This document shows, piece by piece, positions 36,326 through 49,218 of a DNA stretch of 64,000 nucleotides; position 1 is the stretch's first letter; each line of letters opens with the position of its first letter. Source of the DNA: Psammoneis japonica (taxonomy: Eukaryota); assembly GCA_008632985.1 (NCBI GenBank), contig QPGO01000114.1:186001-250000 (forward strand), written 5' to 3'. The translations under genes and the position numbers were made by a program. The notes beneath the pieces were generated by a model. It was not told the origin of the DNA. It did no database searches and saw only the letters and a program-made list of their open reading frames with translations.

Positions 36326-36863
36326 ACTGATTCGTTCTGCTTCTGGAACTAATCAGTGTTCCACATCAATGTGATGGATAAATTGAGTTGCGAACGAAGC
36401 GACACAGATTAAACATCGTGGAGCAATGGGTCGATACTCATATTGTCACATTGTTGGTAAAGATGTCTTGTACAGTACATATTATACACGTTTGCGTGTC
36501 GATCGAAATAGATTGAATTAGAAAACAAAAGTTAAAAATAGTAAGTGTCAGAACTACCGGTATACGATTACTCGAAGCGTCGTTGCACATAATCACGGAG
36601 TTGCGTACCAACAGTCCCAAGGGACACGCAGTAGACCTATCTTCGCCGGAATCGTCCACAGTTAGCTCGTATTTTTGACACAGGCGGCGAGCTAAAACGC
36701 CTTCAACATCCTCGAAGTCCAGCATTTTAGCTAGCATAGCACAAAGATCGGGTGGCAAAAGCACAACCGGCGACCACATCTGATTTTGCACGCGGCCTCA
36801 CGCCTCACGCACGCACGCACCCGCATCATCACCCAGCACGAAATAATAGTAAAAACATCCACC

Positions 36864-37118
36864 ATGGCGTCCAAATCTTCTCTTCCTGCAGCACAATCAT
36901 TACAGGATTGCGCATTGAGGCCATCACCCAAAGAACGAGTTGAGGGTGCTCCCTCGAGGCATCCTGTATCATCATCATGTTGCGCTGAAGAACCTCCGTC
37001 GAAAAAGGCAAAAGAAGCCTCGCCATCAGAATCAGCCACCTTTCAACATGCGGTCGATACCTTCTTGACGTCTGGTTGCTGTGTAATTCCCAAAGCGTTT
37101 GTGAAGAATTGCTTGTGA
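36864..37118 (+). pseudogene. 5' fragment duplicate of the PhyH gene at 40810
   Basis: MASKSSLPAAQSLQDC...TFQHAVDTFLTSGCCVIPKAFVK matches 40816-41075, then stops. Confidence 0.8.
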
Positions 37119-37372
37119 GTCTTGATGTGCTACAAAATCGCAAGCGATGGGAGGGTATGGGAACCTTAAGCAGGTGGCCTTGCATTTCCGTTTACTTTTT
37201 GGAATAAATTCGACTCGTTCGGGATTGTCAATCGAGACCCGACCAAGATCAAGCAGTTCTACGATCATTCCAGTCTTATAGGAAAGCCCATTCTTGTCAT
37301 GAATCTTGGTGGCGATGCCGCTAGGCGGATTGGGGGCGAAATATAACGGATGACGAATTCGTTGCCGAAACG

Positions 37373-37648
37373 TTGGCAGCACTCCGCAAAGTCTTTGGTC
37401 CTGATGCTGTTCCTGACCCGATTTCTTCAAAGGTGACTCATTGGAGCATCGATTCTTTTGCCATGGGCTCCCACTCATTTCCGCAGACAGGAAGTACTGA
37501 GACAATGTACGACGTGATTGGAACTCCAAGTGGAAATCTATTGTTTTATGGAGAGGCAACGTGCAAAACATCTTATGCAGCGGAAAACGGGGCGTGTCTC
37601 TCTGGGGCACGTGAAGCCAATCGCGTTATCAAGCTGGAGAACACATGA
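37373..37648 (+). pseudogene. C-terminal fragment of a flavin-dependent amine oxidase
   Basis: VTHWSIDSFAMGSHSF...GNLLFYGEAT...GACLSGAREANRV; no upstream FAD-binding domain seen. Confidence 0.75.
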
Positions 37649-38304
37649 CGGTAACTCGCTGCTTTGTTCTCAGACAAATGATGGATTCTGGACCGTGCGC
37701 TGAGAATGACGCTCTTGATCTCTACCACTGGGGGGTCTAAAGCTCCGAATGGCATGTCCGTTTTATTTGGGGACTTGAAAATTGAATCATCACAGCTACG
37801 AAAAAGCATTTTTTTCTCTTGCTTCAAGACGATGATATCAATGCAGTGAAATGGAATAGCGCAACCCAGGGAACGCAGATCGATCTCCGTTGTTGGAGTG
37901 ATTGAAACAGAGAATGCGACTGGTTACAGTAAACCCACCCAGTATGCGTTCTAGACGGAAGCAAAATGATGCGAGGAAGCATTATCCAAGTATCGGTCGC
38001 TGTTGCCGATTTCTACTATGCTCTCGCTGACTTTATCATATGAGTTGAAAGATTGGCTGTTTGATTAACGGCGACATATTGAAGTCGATAGAGACGGACA
38101 GGAATAACAGCAATGATGAAATCACGAAATCAAATCATCTTGGATGCGTATAGAAAGATTGAGTTCACTGCCTGTGTAGGAGACTGACTGACGACTCTCT
38201 AGAGAGTAGGCGGGAGCGGAGCGAGCACGCACTCCGAACCACCAGTTCCGTGTTTTCGTGTGAAGCGGTGGCTGCCTCAAAGCTCGAGAATATAAAAATG
38301 CACC

Positions 38305-39370
38305 ATGGCGTCGTTTGCATGCAAGAACGATGCCGAGAGCCCCACACAGCCTGACCCTAAACGCCAGCGACTGCAAGCGGGGACGAAGCCAAACTTGGAA
38401 CAGAGGCGTCGTAACGGTGGTGCGTACAGCAACAATCTTTTCGGTGGTCACCTCAACAGTGACATCCTATCGCGTGTTCTGGACTTTTGTGGATCTCTGG
38501 AACTGATACGGTTTGCTCTGGCAAGTTACGACAACTTCTGCTATTCCAAAGCTTACGTCGGACGACTTTCTCAAACGTTGAAACACTTTTCGTACTTCAT
38601 TGGTCGTTATATCCTTATCCTTTGGAGACATATGGTTTCAGGAGCTAATGAGCTGTCGGTGTTTTGGTTTTCACGCAGTCGCCAACCATGAAGGTGCCAG
38701 GCAGTACCTTCGACGGCACGACAGTCTTTCCTTTACAAAGTCTCACCCGCCAGATATCTACCAATCTATAGGATTTAGTATGATACATTGTGAAGATTCT
38801 CTGGAACTTGGTGTACCGCCACTGATGAGGTTCATTTGTGGCAACAAGATGCTTTGTTCGAATCTGGCATCTCACTGCGTAATTGGATGGTCGAAGTCAT
38901 CCTCATCCGCATTTGTTGATTCTCCCAAGATCGGATTGGTGTCGACAGAATGTGATCCTTTGGCACTATGTAGAGAACCCGATTCTCACTGGGTTGCCCA
39001 CTATGAGTTGCCTTTAAAAATCTCTTAATGCCGACAGAAGACGGTCAAGACTCAGAAGGCGAGAACTCAGACGGCGAAGAGTCAGACGCGGGCAACTTCG
39101 CTGAGGCACTTTTTGGACTCAAGTATGAAGTCAGTACAAAGACTCTGTCTTACTTTGTGTCTAGTGCCAAAAATCTCTATCGCTTTCTTGGGTTGAAACG
39201 TTCCAACAAGTCACACATTCTGAGGGACAAGTCCCCATCAATGACGCGTTAATGCCCGACGGTCCTTTGAAGTGGGCAATTGCGATGGTCCAGGATCCTG
39301 ATTATGAACGCAGGCACGGTACTGGTATTTGGAATCTTTTATTTTTTGCGAGATTGCTCAGAACATGAAT
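38305..39370 (+). pseudogene. Frameshifted, internally deleted paralog of 33641-35344 (TpA intact)
   Basis: Three consecutive ORF pieces (38305, 38600, 39028) are colinear with the 622-aa ORF. Confidence 0.7.
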
Positions 39371-40809
39371 ATGCACAACTCTATGACTGTTCCATCAGTA
39401 GGAACTCCGATTTTGTCTCGTGGATTTAGATGAGGTGTCTGTGGATCAAGATGGAAATGCTTTCTCCCGCCGTTAATGTGAAATAACTGCTTTTACGTGT
39501 CAAAAACAAGTTGTGCTTACATAAGAGATCAGAGATGATTGCAAGCACAGCTACCACACACCATAACGTAGCTAGCTATCGTTAGAGCACAGCATGTTAG
39601 TGTAGCTTTTACTTCCGCCCAAAATTCGTACGCATAAAAGCTGAGACGATTGAGTCGATCAAGAACAAAACATCATGACGTGGCAAAATTCAACTCGCAT
39701 TTTCTTGCTCGGGAGAACCTCTCTACTCTAGCAGCTAGAGGAACAGTGCATTAGTCCCAGGGAGAACAGAACAAAATCCATTTTTTTGGCATCTCATCTG
39801 CAATGCTGCATCAAAGATCTCTCTGGGAAACTGAAACAAAGAGATTTACGGACAGACTGATTGTGCTCAACCGTGATTGGACTGACTTTGTTAAAAAAAA
39901 ACACCACATGGAAGCACCATGTTGTCTTGACTCATTTTGTGAGCTGCGCACTGCACTTCTCACCCACATTTGAGACTGCCCATCTTTCTCACCCAAATTC
40001 TTTCCCAAGAACAATTCCATGCCCTCAGCCATTGGCAGCGGCGGCAATGAAAGGAATTGACCAAAACGGCTGCTGCTTTGGTCCAATCCCATTGTTTGTT
40101 GGCTTGCACTTTGCAAGGCCTGGACAGTGGACTCCTTTCTTTGTGGAACAAGCTGCCCAGCTTCAAAAGAGAGCTGCGCTGGCCAGCACCACAAGAGGCT
40201 CAGCCCTTGCAGCAGAGAAAACTGCTCAGCAATTTTGCTCACTCTGCTTCTGGAACTGGCCAGGGTTTTGTGTCACAATGCACTGGACATTGAGTTGTGA
40301 ATGAAGTGATGCAGAGCAAAAGTCGTGGAGCGACAGGTCGGCGCACATGTGTTGGCAAGGATGTTTTGCACAGTGCGCACATTTTTTGCATGTTTGTGTG
40401 TTGAGCACAAGTGACTGAATCAGAAAATGACAATTGTGCACCTGAAAATTGCTTGGAGCTCCTTCGCTGCACATCACAGAGTTGCTTGCAAACAGCCCCA
40501 AGGGGCGTGCAGGTGGTGGACCTGTGTCTTTGCCAGGGTCCCACCACCACACAGTGAACCCAGAATTTTGACACAGGTGGCGAGCTAAAACGCCGTCAAC
40601 ATGCGCCAAAACCAAGATCTAAGATTTGACCCACCTTGGCAAGCTCGAAGTCCAGCAAAAAGGCTTGCCACATTTTCACTGCGGCCTCGGTCGGCTTGCA
40701 CACGCACGGCGGGTCGTCTCCATGGCGACGAGCGCCCGCGCGCGTCCGCGCGTGAGCAAGAGTGGCAAAAGCACAACCGTCCACATCTGATTTTGCACAC
40801 ATCACCACC

Positions 40810-42236
40810 ATGGCCATGGCGTCAACATCTTGTCTTCCTGTAGCACAAACATTACAGGATTGTGTAGCGGGTCCATCACCCGAAGAACGAGTTGACGGTT
40901 CTCCCTCTTGGCGTCCTGTATTGTCGTCATGTTGCACCGAGCCTCCCTTGAAAAAGGCAAGAGAAGCCTCTCCATCATCATGCACCTTTCAACATACTGT
41001 CGATACCTTCTTGACGTCTGGTTGCTGTGTAATTCCCAATGCCCTTCCCAAAGCATTTGTAAAGGATTGTTTGTCTAAAGCGCAATCGGATTGGAACTTG
41101 TTGGATGGAGCATATAAGAGACGCAAAGAAACATTATCCAATAATAATCATCACGAGTATGCCGCCGTTCAACGCATGGATTATGCAGAAATGGTTGCCC
41201 GAGATGGACAACGACGAGATGTAAGATTTCAGTTGGATCGATTTCCTTTTGTAACGCCTGGATTGATTTACAATCTGATTGTCTTTCCGTTGGTGCAAGC
41301 CTTGTTGCAATATGGAACAGACAATTCACAACAACCACAACAGCAACAACAACCGTCGGATCAATCGGCCATTCATCTATTGTACGCGGGTATCATGTGG
41401 GCCATGCCTGGGAATAAGGACAAGAATAAGGAGGAGCCGAGTACACCCCAGAAGTGGCATGCCGACGGAGATCACTTGTTTTCGCACGTCCATTTGCCAC
41501 CTCATTGCATCAATGTCTTTTATCCTCTCATCGATTTGAACAAAGACAATGGTCCCACGCAAGTTCAAGCGGGGACTCATCAATTGGGAAATTTTGCAGG
41601 ACAGGACCATCCTACCTTTGATTTGCAAGTCAATGCCGGGGGAGTCTGTTTGTTTGATTATCGATTGAAACATCGTGGTTGTGCAAACCTTTCAAAGACG
41701 CCTCGGCCCATGTTGTATTTGGCGTATGCAAAATCCTTTTATCGGGATGTAGGAAACACTCGATCGTTGAAATCGATATTTTTAGACGACTCCACCGTTG
41801 ATTCACCCCCATGGATGCCACGACTCTTGCGAGGACAAGCCGTGCCGCAAATGGGGCAAGGATTTGAACACGTGCAGAATGTAGCAACGAAAGACCCCTC
41901 GTGCAACACTGTTGCGAATGTGATTTCACAACCAGATTCAACACAAACGTTAGAGAAATCATCCAACACAACTACTAATGAAATACTATCATGCCTTCCA
42001 CCACTTCCAACGTTGGTGAACAATGGGTCCTCTTTCAAATGACAGTTGAATTGGGTCAAGGTGTGGCCGCACAAACCTTGCGTGTCCATCACGGAGACAT
42101 TCCCATAGAAGTCGCCACACAATGTTGTATAAAACATGGAATTGATCCAGTGGCCATTCCCGCCTTGACGGATATGATTCAACAACACATGAATGCGGCA
42201 CTACTGACCGCCGCCCAAACAGAAGAGAGCGGATAG
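40810..42236 (+). CDS. Phytanoyl-CoA dioxygenase (PhyH)-family 2OG-Fe(II) oxygenase; frame shift or intron near 41990
   Basis: QKWHADG, INVFYPLIDL..DNGPT...GTH and LFDYRLKHRGCAN..PRPMLY. Confidence 0.85.
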
Positions 42237-42359
42237 TGCAAGACTACTCTGGCCAGAGTGGGTTGGGCCTAATCATTTTTTTATGTTTTACTGACAACTA
42301 TTAACCTTGCAGGAAACATCTATCACTAATGCCGGTAGATCGAATCACTTTGAACGGCG

Positions 42360-42683
42360 CTACACACGGAGTTTCGTGCCAACCGACTTGAGAGTCACGT
42401 AGTACATTTCTTCGCCAGGATCCTCCACTGTGAATTCGTAACTTCGACAGAGACGAGCCAGAATACCATAAACTTCGGCTGTAGCCAATACTTGACCTTG
42501 ACAACCTCTACGTCCAGTAGAAAAGGGCATAAAGGCTTTCAATGCAGCCTCGGTCGGGTCCTCCCACCGTGACGGCACAAACGAGTCGGGGTTTTCAAAC
42601 ACGTCGCCATCTCGGTGCATCACATAAAAGGGAAAATCGACCCAACTCTTTGCCGGAATCACCCCATCCGAGTCAATCCGCAT
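42360..42683 (-). pseudogene. Cytochrome P450 C-terminal fragment
   Basis: HRD..VFENPDSFVPSRW and heme motif FMPFSTGRRGCQG; no upstream P450 sequence recognised. Confidence 0.78.
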
Positions 42684-42979
42684 CTTTCACGGTTCCTTTG
42701 GAGGACAGATGCTGCATCAGAATCCTGATTTTGTCTCTCCAAACGAAATTCGTGCTCAAGAAAAGCGTATGAAAGGGAACTCATACGAGGACCGTAAAGA
42801 GAGGTAGAAAAAGCGCAAGGTTCGCAATGAGGAGCTGGTTTTGCCATAAGATCCTTTGGTTTCTGTGTTTCGTTGAGCATCGTTGAGTCAGTTTTTGAGT
42901 TGTAGTTATAATTATGATGGTGCAGTCAACTATAACTAGATTGATGTATTTGATCCCCTTATGTGTGGTTCTCCTTCTA

Positions 42980-43075
42980 TTCTACGAGTAGACTCTAGCT
43001 AGAGTAGAGAGTAACATTCTCTACTCTAGTAGCTACTCTCTACTCTCTCTAGAGAGAGTGCAGTAGTTAGAAGCA
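42980..43075. other. CTAG/AGAGTAG low-complexity motif cluster near a domain edge
   Basis: gagtagactctagctagagtagagagtaacattctctactctagtagctactctctactctctctagagagag; an apparently mutated version lies at 43461-43512. Confidence 0.6.
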
Positions 43076-43239
43076 GCTTTTCAACCAAGACTCTACAGAA
43101 AGGTCACCTGCCTACCTCCACAGTACAAGTACGTACTGTACACATTATGAGCGGTACCCAAAGTTGCAGCTGAGATGCTAAGTTGGGGACAACGTCTGTG
43201 GTGATGCAACCGCGACCTACAGACCTCTCTAGCCGGGAG

Positions 43240-46200
43240 TGAACCGCGACGGAAACGAGAACCTGCATGTGCGGAACGCGGACACAACAAGACAAGAACC
43301 AACCAAACACATCACCGAGAATGCTAAATTCCCCATTCCCGACTCTGACTCCACGTGGCATGCAGCAATCCGCCCGCTTTGTCTCATTGTCCGCCTGTCT
43401 GCCTCGTCCACATCACCTCCCCGAGGAGTCGTCTCCCTGTCCCCGTTTGTTTGGGGTCCACTCTGCTCTCTGGCTAGCTGGCAGCTCTCTGCTCTCTCTG
43501 CTGGAGAGAGAGATTTTCATTTCCACCATCATCCCACCACCTGGCTGTCAACCAAGTGCAAGCTTTGGCCATGGTCAATGTGTTTCATGCCACATCAGAG
43601 CGCGCATTGCAGCGATCACAGACCACCTTTCTCGCAGTCATTTTTTCAATCTGCCACAGCACAAAATTCTGTTGTTTCAAACCTTGACAGTTCTTGTGGA
43701 GCTGGCAACGACATTTCAACTGCAACAGATGAACATTTTTGTGCTGTGGGATCAGACCCCCCCCATGAGGAAAACATGTGTTTTGCCATGAAGCAGGGGC
43801 GCGTTTTCCCTGTGAGAGTGCCCGCCCTCCATCCCCGCAAAACCTGCAAATTAAAATCATTTGCGCTGTGCTGCAAACATTCTGTTTTGTTGCTCACATT
43901 TAAATCAAATGATGCTGATGGAGACAACACCCCAGAGTTTGTGCGGCAGCAGTTGCAGCTCGCTTTCTTGAAGTGCCGCTGCTTTTCAGCAGTTGTCTGC
44001 ATGAAGGGCAACCAAATTTGAGGCACCTTGGAGCACAGACAAGATGTTGGGCTTGTGAAGTCCAGAAAAGCTGCCATGTTTTTGTGCACTCACAACAAAA
44101 TGTCACAATCCAACCACACACCTCCAAAGGTGGACGGAAGTGTGCTGGTGGGAAGCACTGCGGCATCAGAAATCTTCATGGTTGATTTGCTGTTTTTGTG
44201 AAAGAAAAAACATTGTGTGTCTGTCATGGAGCGGCAGCCATGGACAGCGTGCAGACTTGTGGGGGGTCCCCATCAACAGTTTTTCCATGTCCTTGGCTCA
44301 GCGGGAGTCTTTCAAAAATGACTCGTGACATGAAACACACAAAACAATTGAGGGCGCCTGCAGAGTCCAAATGTTTTTGTGCTGAAACTGTTGTGTTCAC
44401 ACAATTTGTGCAAAAACAGACTTGACTGTTGTCGGGTCAGGCACTTTTTTGCAAATGAATTGAAGAAAAATGTGCCTGATCAGCATGTGTGCATGGTCAC
44501 CAGACTGTGCAGGCGTGTGTGCATGCATGAGGTGCAAGGTGCAAGTGGAGAATGATGTGCAGATTTGCTGCCACTGAGTGAGCTGACACGCAATGGATTT
44601 TCCACCAGCACACAACCCCGTGGTCCACATGGAAGATGAATTTGTGTGGGTCTCTTGGGTTTTTGCATGTCATCAAAATTTCTTTGATCTTCAAGAGACA
44701 CACGCCCAAATTCAAAAAATTCAGGGAGGCCGTTCCCAAAACATGTTTGAGGATGAACAAAAAAATTCTGTTTGGCAGTCTGAACAGGCCCAGGGTTGCC
44801 CCGAAGTGCTTCTCAAAATGTTTTTAGAGGGGCAAAACATCCGCCATTTCCAAAAAAGACCCTGCTGTTGGCAAAACAGATCCCAGTCCTTCACATGCAA
44901 ACAGCACCACAATGGCGCAGCAACGCACACAACAAACACCATGGCGGGCAATGCAAGTGTCATTCACTGATCTGCTTGCTGGCATTTCCAGAGAAGATCA
45001 GCACAATTGGACAACATTTGTGCACCGCATTCCTGGGTGAAGTTGGGTTTCTTCTCATTGCTTGTTGCCATGTCATTTTGCAACATTTTGACTTTCTCGT
45101 GTTTTTTGCTTTTTGAAACTTCTGCTTGCGCCAACCACCAACAGCTTTTCCTGCAGGGTGTGGCCAGTTGGATGGTTGCATCGAACCCAAACATGTGCAA
45201 CCAATTGGCCCCACCCCAGCTGACTCACAACCACATGGTCCACAATTGCCTTGGCACCTGTGCTGCAGAGGGTGCTGAGTGGGCCTGTGAGCAATGGCGA
45301 GACAGGAGAAACTGTGAGGAAAAAACTGTGCCACACTCAAAAAAGCATCAAACGCCCAAAAGATGCCATGTGTGCAACAAACAAACATGACCATCACATT
45401 GTCGACACTTTTGTCAGAAGTTCAGCCATTCTTGCCTTTGCAGCCCAAGTGCCAAGCTTGATTGTGAACGCTGCTGTGTCAGACACAGCAGCCCTGTTTG
45501 TGCCTCTCTCAGAGCAAAAGTCACGAAACACCCAAGAGGCAAGGAGCAGCATGAAATCCTCCACTGCAAGCATCATTTTTTCATCATCAGCATGTCAGCC
45601 CACAATGGCATTCATGCCATTGCCGCCACTGCAACGGGTGCCAGGTGGACCTGCGAGCCATCACAAAACAAGAGCAAGAACATTGTGGCGCCCATTTTTG
45701 TTGTTGAGATTCCTTCCTGTTTGTGTCACAAGACATGAAATCTGCCAGACTTGCCCTCACGTCTTCAAGATTTGTGAAAAAAGACACAAGTCCTGGTGCT
45801 CATGACCCAATGATTTTGTGTCTTGTCAACACAAATTCATGTTTTTTCAATGCTTTCCGGAGTGACCCACTGAGGCACATTCCCACCCTGATGATTTCGG
45901 CCGCAAAATGAACACAATTTGGCCAAATTTGTGCATTTGCGAGCATCAGGCTGGGAACAAATTTGATCGGCAAAAAAGATCAAAATCTCATGTCGAGCTC
46001 AGAAAGGAAACTGCACACTCCAGCACTGTTTGCACTGCTGCCAACTCTCTGGCTGGCCAGAGCTTCTAGAAAGGCCAACATCATGACATTGTCAGCAACC
46101 ATTGTTGTCCATTTTGTGATTGCTCTGTGGCAACCAAAGACTCATGATGACACCAGCGAAGGTCAGAAGAAAACACCCAACATCCGATCTGCTGGCAGGA

Positions 46201-48004
46201 GTTGCAGAGAGAGCAGAGAGGCACACAAAACAATGGTGTGCAGCAAGGCTGCAGCACGCAAAACTGCCAAATGAAATTTCCACAGCATGTGAGGTGCTGA
46301 AAGGCGCTGTTCTTAACTCCCGTGGTTTGCCAATGGCCCAAATCCATTTCAAAGAGCAAGGGCCATAGAAAACAGAGCAAAGCACTGTGAGGCACATTGC
46401 CGACAATGTTCTTGTGCAAAACACTGACCCCCACCAGCGTCATTGTCCCAACTTGCAACAAGGTCAATGAGGTGAGTGCACACAGCCTTCTTCACAGTCA
46501 TGTTCCATCTCAAGGGAGCACAAGCCTTCTTGCTGTTGTCATTGACATGACAAAAATTCTTTTGTTTTCTTGACTCTTGACCATCAGTCAAGCAACAACC
46601 TTGAATGTGCGCCAAAGAACCATGTCAACGCAGTGTCAGATCACACATTGCTGCAAAGATTTGGCCTCCAAGTCTGCAGATGCATGGTTTGCAAAGAGCT
46701 CCAATGCAAAATCTGAACAAGAGAAACAATGACATCAAAAACAGCATTGGTCAGCACGGTCGTCACAAGCCATGCCAACAACAAAAACTCAAGATTCTGA
46801 CAAATGGACTGCATCAAGCACAGTCTTGTTGACCTGTCTCTGCATTCTTGCCTTTGCAGACAGGATGGTCATTTGTGCATGAACAGGTCCGTTCATGGCA
46901 GCAGCCACAATGGTTGTTGTGTGGATCAGAGCAGAGAGAGAAGGGTTTTGGGTGATGGGGGCTCCTCTTGTGGCCCCAGATTTCTCCTCAGATGAAAGAA
47001 AAACATCCTGCACTTGTTTGTTGCCAGTTGTGACGAACACAGTCTTTTCGTCTTGCAGCCAACATTGTGGCACTTTCATCTCTGTTGGTTGGCCAGTCCA
47101 CAGTGCACAGCAGCCGCTGCAGCGCTTCAAGTGGTCCACCAAAAGAAGCTTGGCTGCGTGGCTCATCTCTTGTGCTGCAGATGGCTCCTTTCCTTTTGCA
47201 ATCATTTTCTTGTGCAGAGCTGGCAGAAACGCCATTTGACTGCAGCGGCACAGCTGCATGATCTGGCCCCATGCCAACATTGTGAGAGGAGGCCAGCCCC
47301 CGCTGTGGTGGCAGCTCCTGGTCCGGGGCTGTGCCCCGCAGCTGGCCTTGCTGGCGCACAGCCCCACAAACATGCACATTTCCTTTGACGCCAAACCACA
47401 GGAAAATGCACTCTCAGTTGCCTGTCTGTTGTGTTGCAGCAGGTGGATCATTTCCTTTTGCAGCCATTTTTTTCACAAAGAGCTGGCTGCTGGGCTGCCA
47501 AGCAGCCTTGGTGCTGCTGCTCACACCAGGTGCAGTGTGAGAGCAGACCTGACACCTGATTGCTGAGAGTCAGTCTTCAATCTGTCAAGTGCAAACTCAA
47601 ATTTAACCCTTCAACCACCAGGGGAGCAAATCTCCATGGGTGGAGATTTGCTCTGCTGCTCTCAAGAATTTGTGATGCGTCATGCACTCACAGTGCACAC
47701 AGTGTGAAAATGTCACATCATGCACAATCTGCTCCAAGGGTGTGGTGTCATTGCTCTGTTTGTGATGGCAGCTGAAGCAACCTCCATTGTCAAAAAGGTT
47801 GAGATTTGGCTCCTCTCTGTTCACAGATGAAGCTTGCAAAAAAAACCGGTGTTGAAAGTTGACATTTGGCTTTCTAAATTGCAAAAAGGGTTCCCCAGAT
47901 TTTTGGCGAATGTGCGCTCCAAAACAAAATCGCACAAATGAAACACCGCACACATCTGAAATTGCTTCGCTCACCATGTTTGTGATGAAAGCAAGCAAAT
48001 TTCC
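43240..48004. other. TpA- and CpG-depleted decayed repeat domain (continues at 55114-55600 beyond the copia)
   Basis: TA is very rare; contains copies of 18493-18690 (at ~44966-45160) and of 56530-56940 (at ~45250-45660). Confidence 0.82.
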
Positions 48005-48280
48005 TGACAGGATTTGAACAGGATTTAGGTGCGCGCGAAGTATCGCGCGCTGTTTAGTTTACCGTGCACAGTTTTGTGTGCTTTAGTTCCGCGCGTTCAC
48101 GCGCGATGTAGTTTGCTTTCGAGCCACAAGGCTCACAAGAATAATAACAGTAGCCCGATTATACCGACTTACACGTCTCTCGGCTCCTGTAACGGTCTCT
48201 GAGCGGAGACTCATCTGCTATTTAGACAGCAGTAAGGAGTTATTGTTTGAATTCTTGCCATTTGCCTTCAATTTCTGTCA
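48005..48280 (+). repeat. 5' LTR of copia copy 2
   Basis: TGACA...TGTCA termini; direct repeat of 54837-55113. Confidence 0.95.
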
Positions 48281-48295
48281 GATTAACAGTCTTGC
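48281..48295 (+). promoter_or_regulatory. Primer-binding site (complementary to a tRNA-Asn anticodon arm)
   Basis: GATTAACAGTCTTGC immediately after the LTR; the reverse complement contains CAAGA-CTGTTAA-TC. Confidence 0.6.
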
Positions 48296-49218
48296 TCATT
48301 GTCAACCCATTGAGCAACCGCCATCGTCGTCGTTGATTTACCAACGACGCCATTTCAATTCTACGTGGACCCCGTATATATTCTACATACATCGGCAAGT
48401 CTACGCGCATTCGATACCAGGGCATCGGCAGGAAGTTAACGTCACCGTCAAGTCTCCTTACCGCTGGATATCTGGATTGATTATACTACCTTTGACCGCT
48501 GAAGACATACATTCAACGGTCATATCCAAGTCTATCCTTGATCCTCATCCCTTCATATACCCATTCATCGGTTAACGGTCAAGAACCCTACATATTCAAG
48601 GATCTTCGTCGCTGAAGACATGTGTGTATATACACATCTTCACGGCCAAGAACCTGTACCCACTCTTCGGACCACGGTTTTGCTGCCACTCTACAGGCAC
48701 ACCGAGTCCATTGCACCTGATCTACCCCGGACCACTGGTGCTCTACAGTTCTGCCAGGTCCACGAGGACGACTGTGAGAGCAAGCAGCCGTGATTGCAGC
48801 CTGCGTTGGGGCGAGGGTGCTTTCCCACGTTTGTTCGTTCGTCCACAGCGCCTGACGCCTGCGTCAACTGGCCAGCCTGATCGGGAAATCCAACCGACAC
48901 AAAATGAGAACGGTTCGGGGGTCTTGTCCACCTCTGGTCAGCTCACCTGCAGGGGTTTGCAACCCGCCACTCCGCTCGCAAGCAACCCAAAGCGCCGCCA
49001 GCTGCGGGTTCGGACGTGCCGGCACAACTCTGCGGACCGGATGGGAAGTTTAGCACTTGACAACGAACGGGATGACAAAGCCCGGCGACTTCTGATTTTA
49101 AGACAGTTCAAGATTTCAAGTCAAGTCTGTTTCAAGTCAAGTCTGTTCTCACCCAAGTTTCGAGTCTACCTTCTCTTCCCAACCAGAATTGATTGTCCTG
49201 ACACCACTTTTGTCCACC

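Noticed and set aside
45950..47500. Possible decayed helicase or transposase coding sequence on the minus strand
   Set aside because: No motif could be recognised with confidence after mutation.
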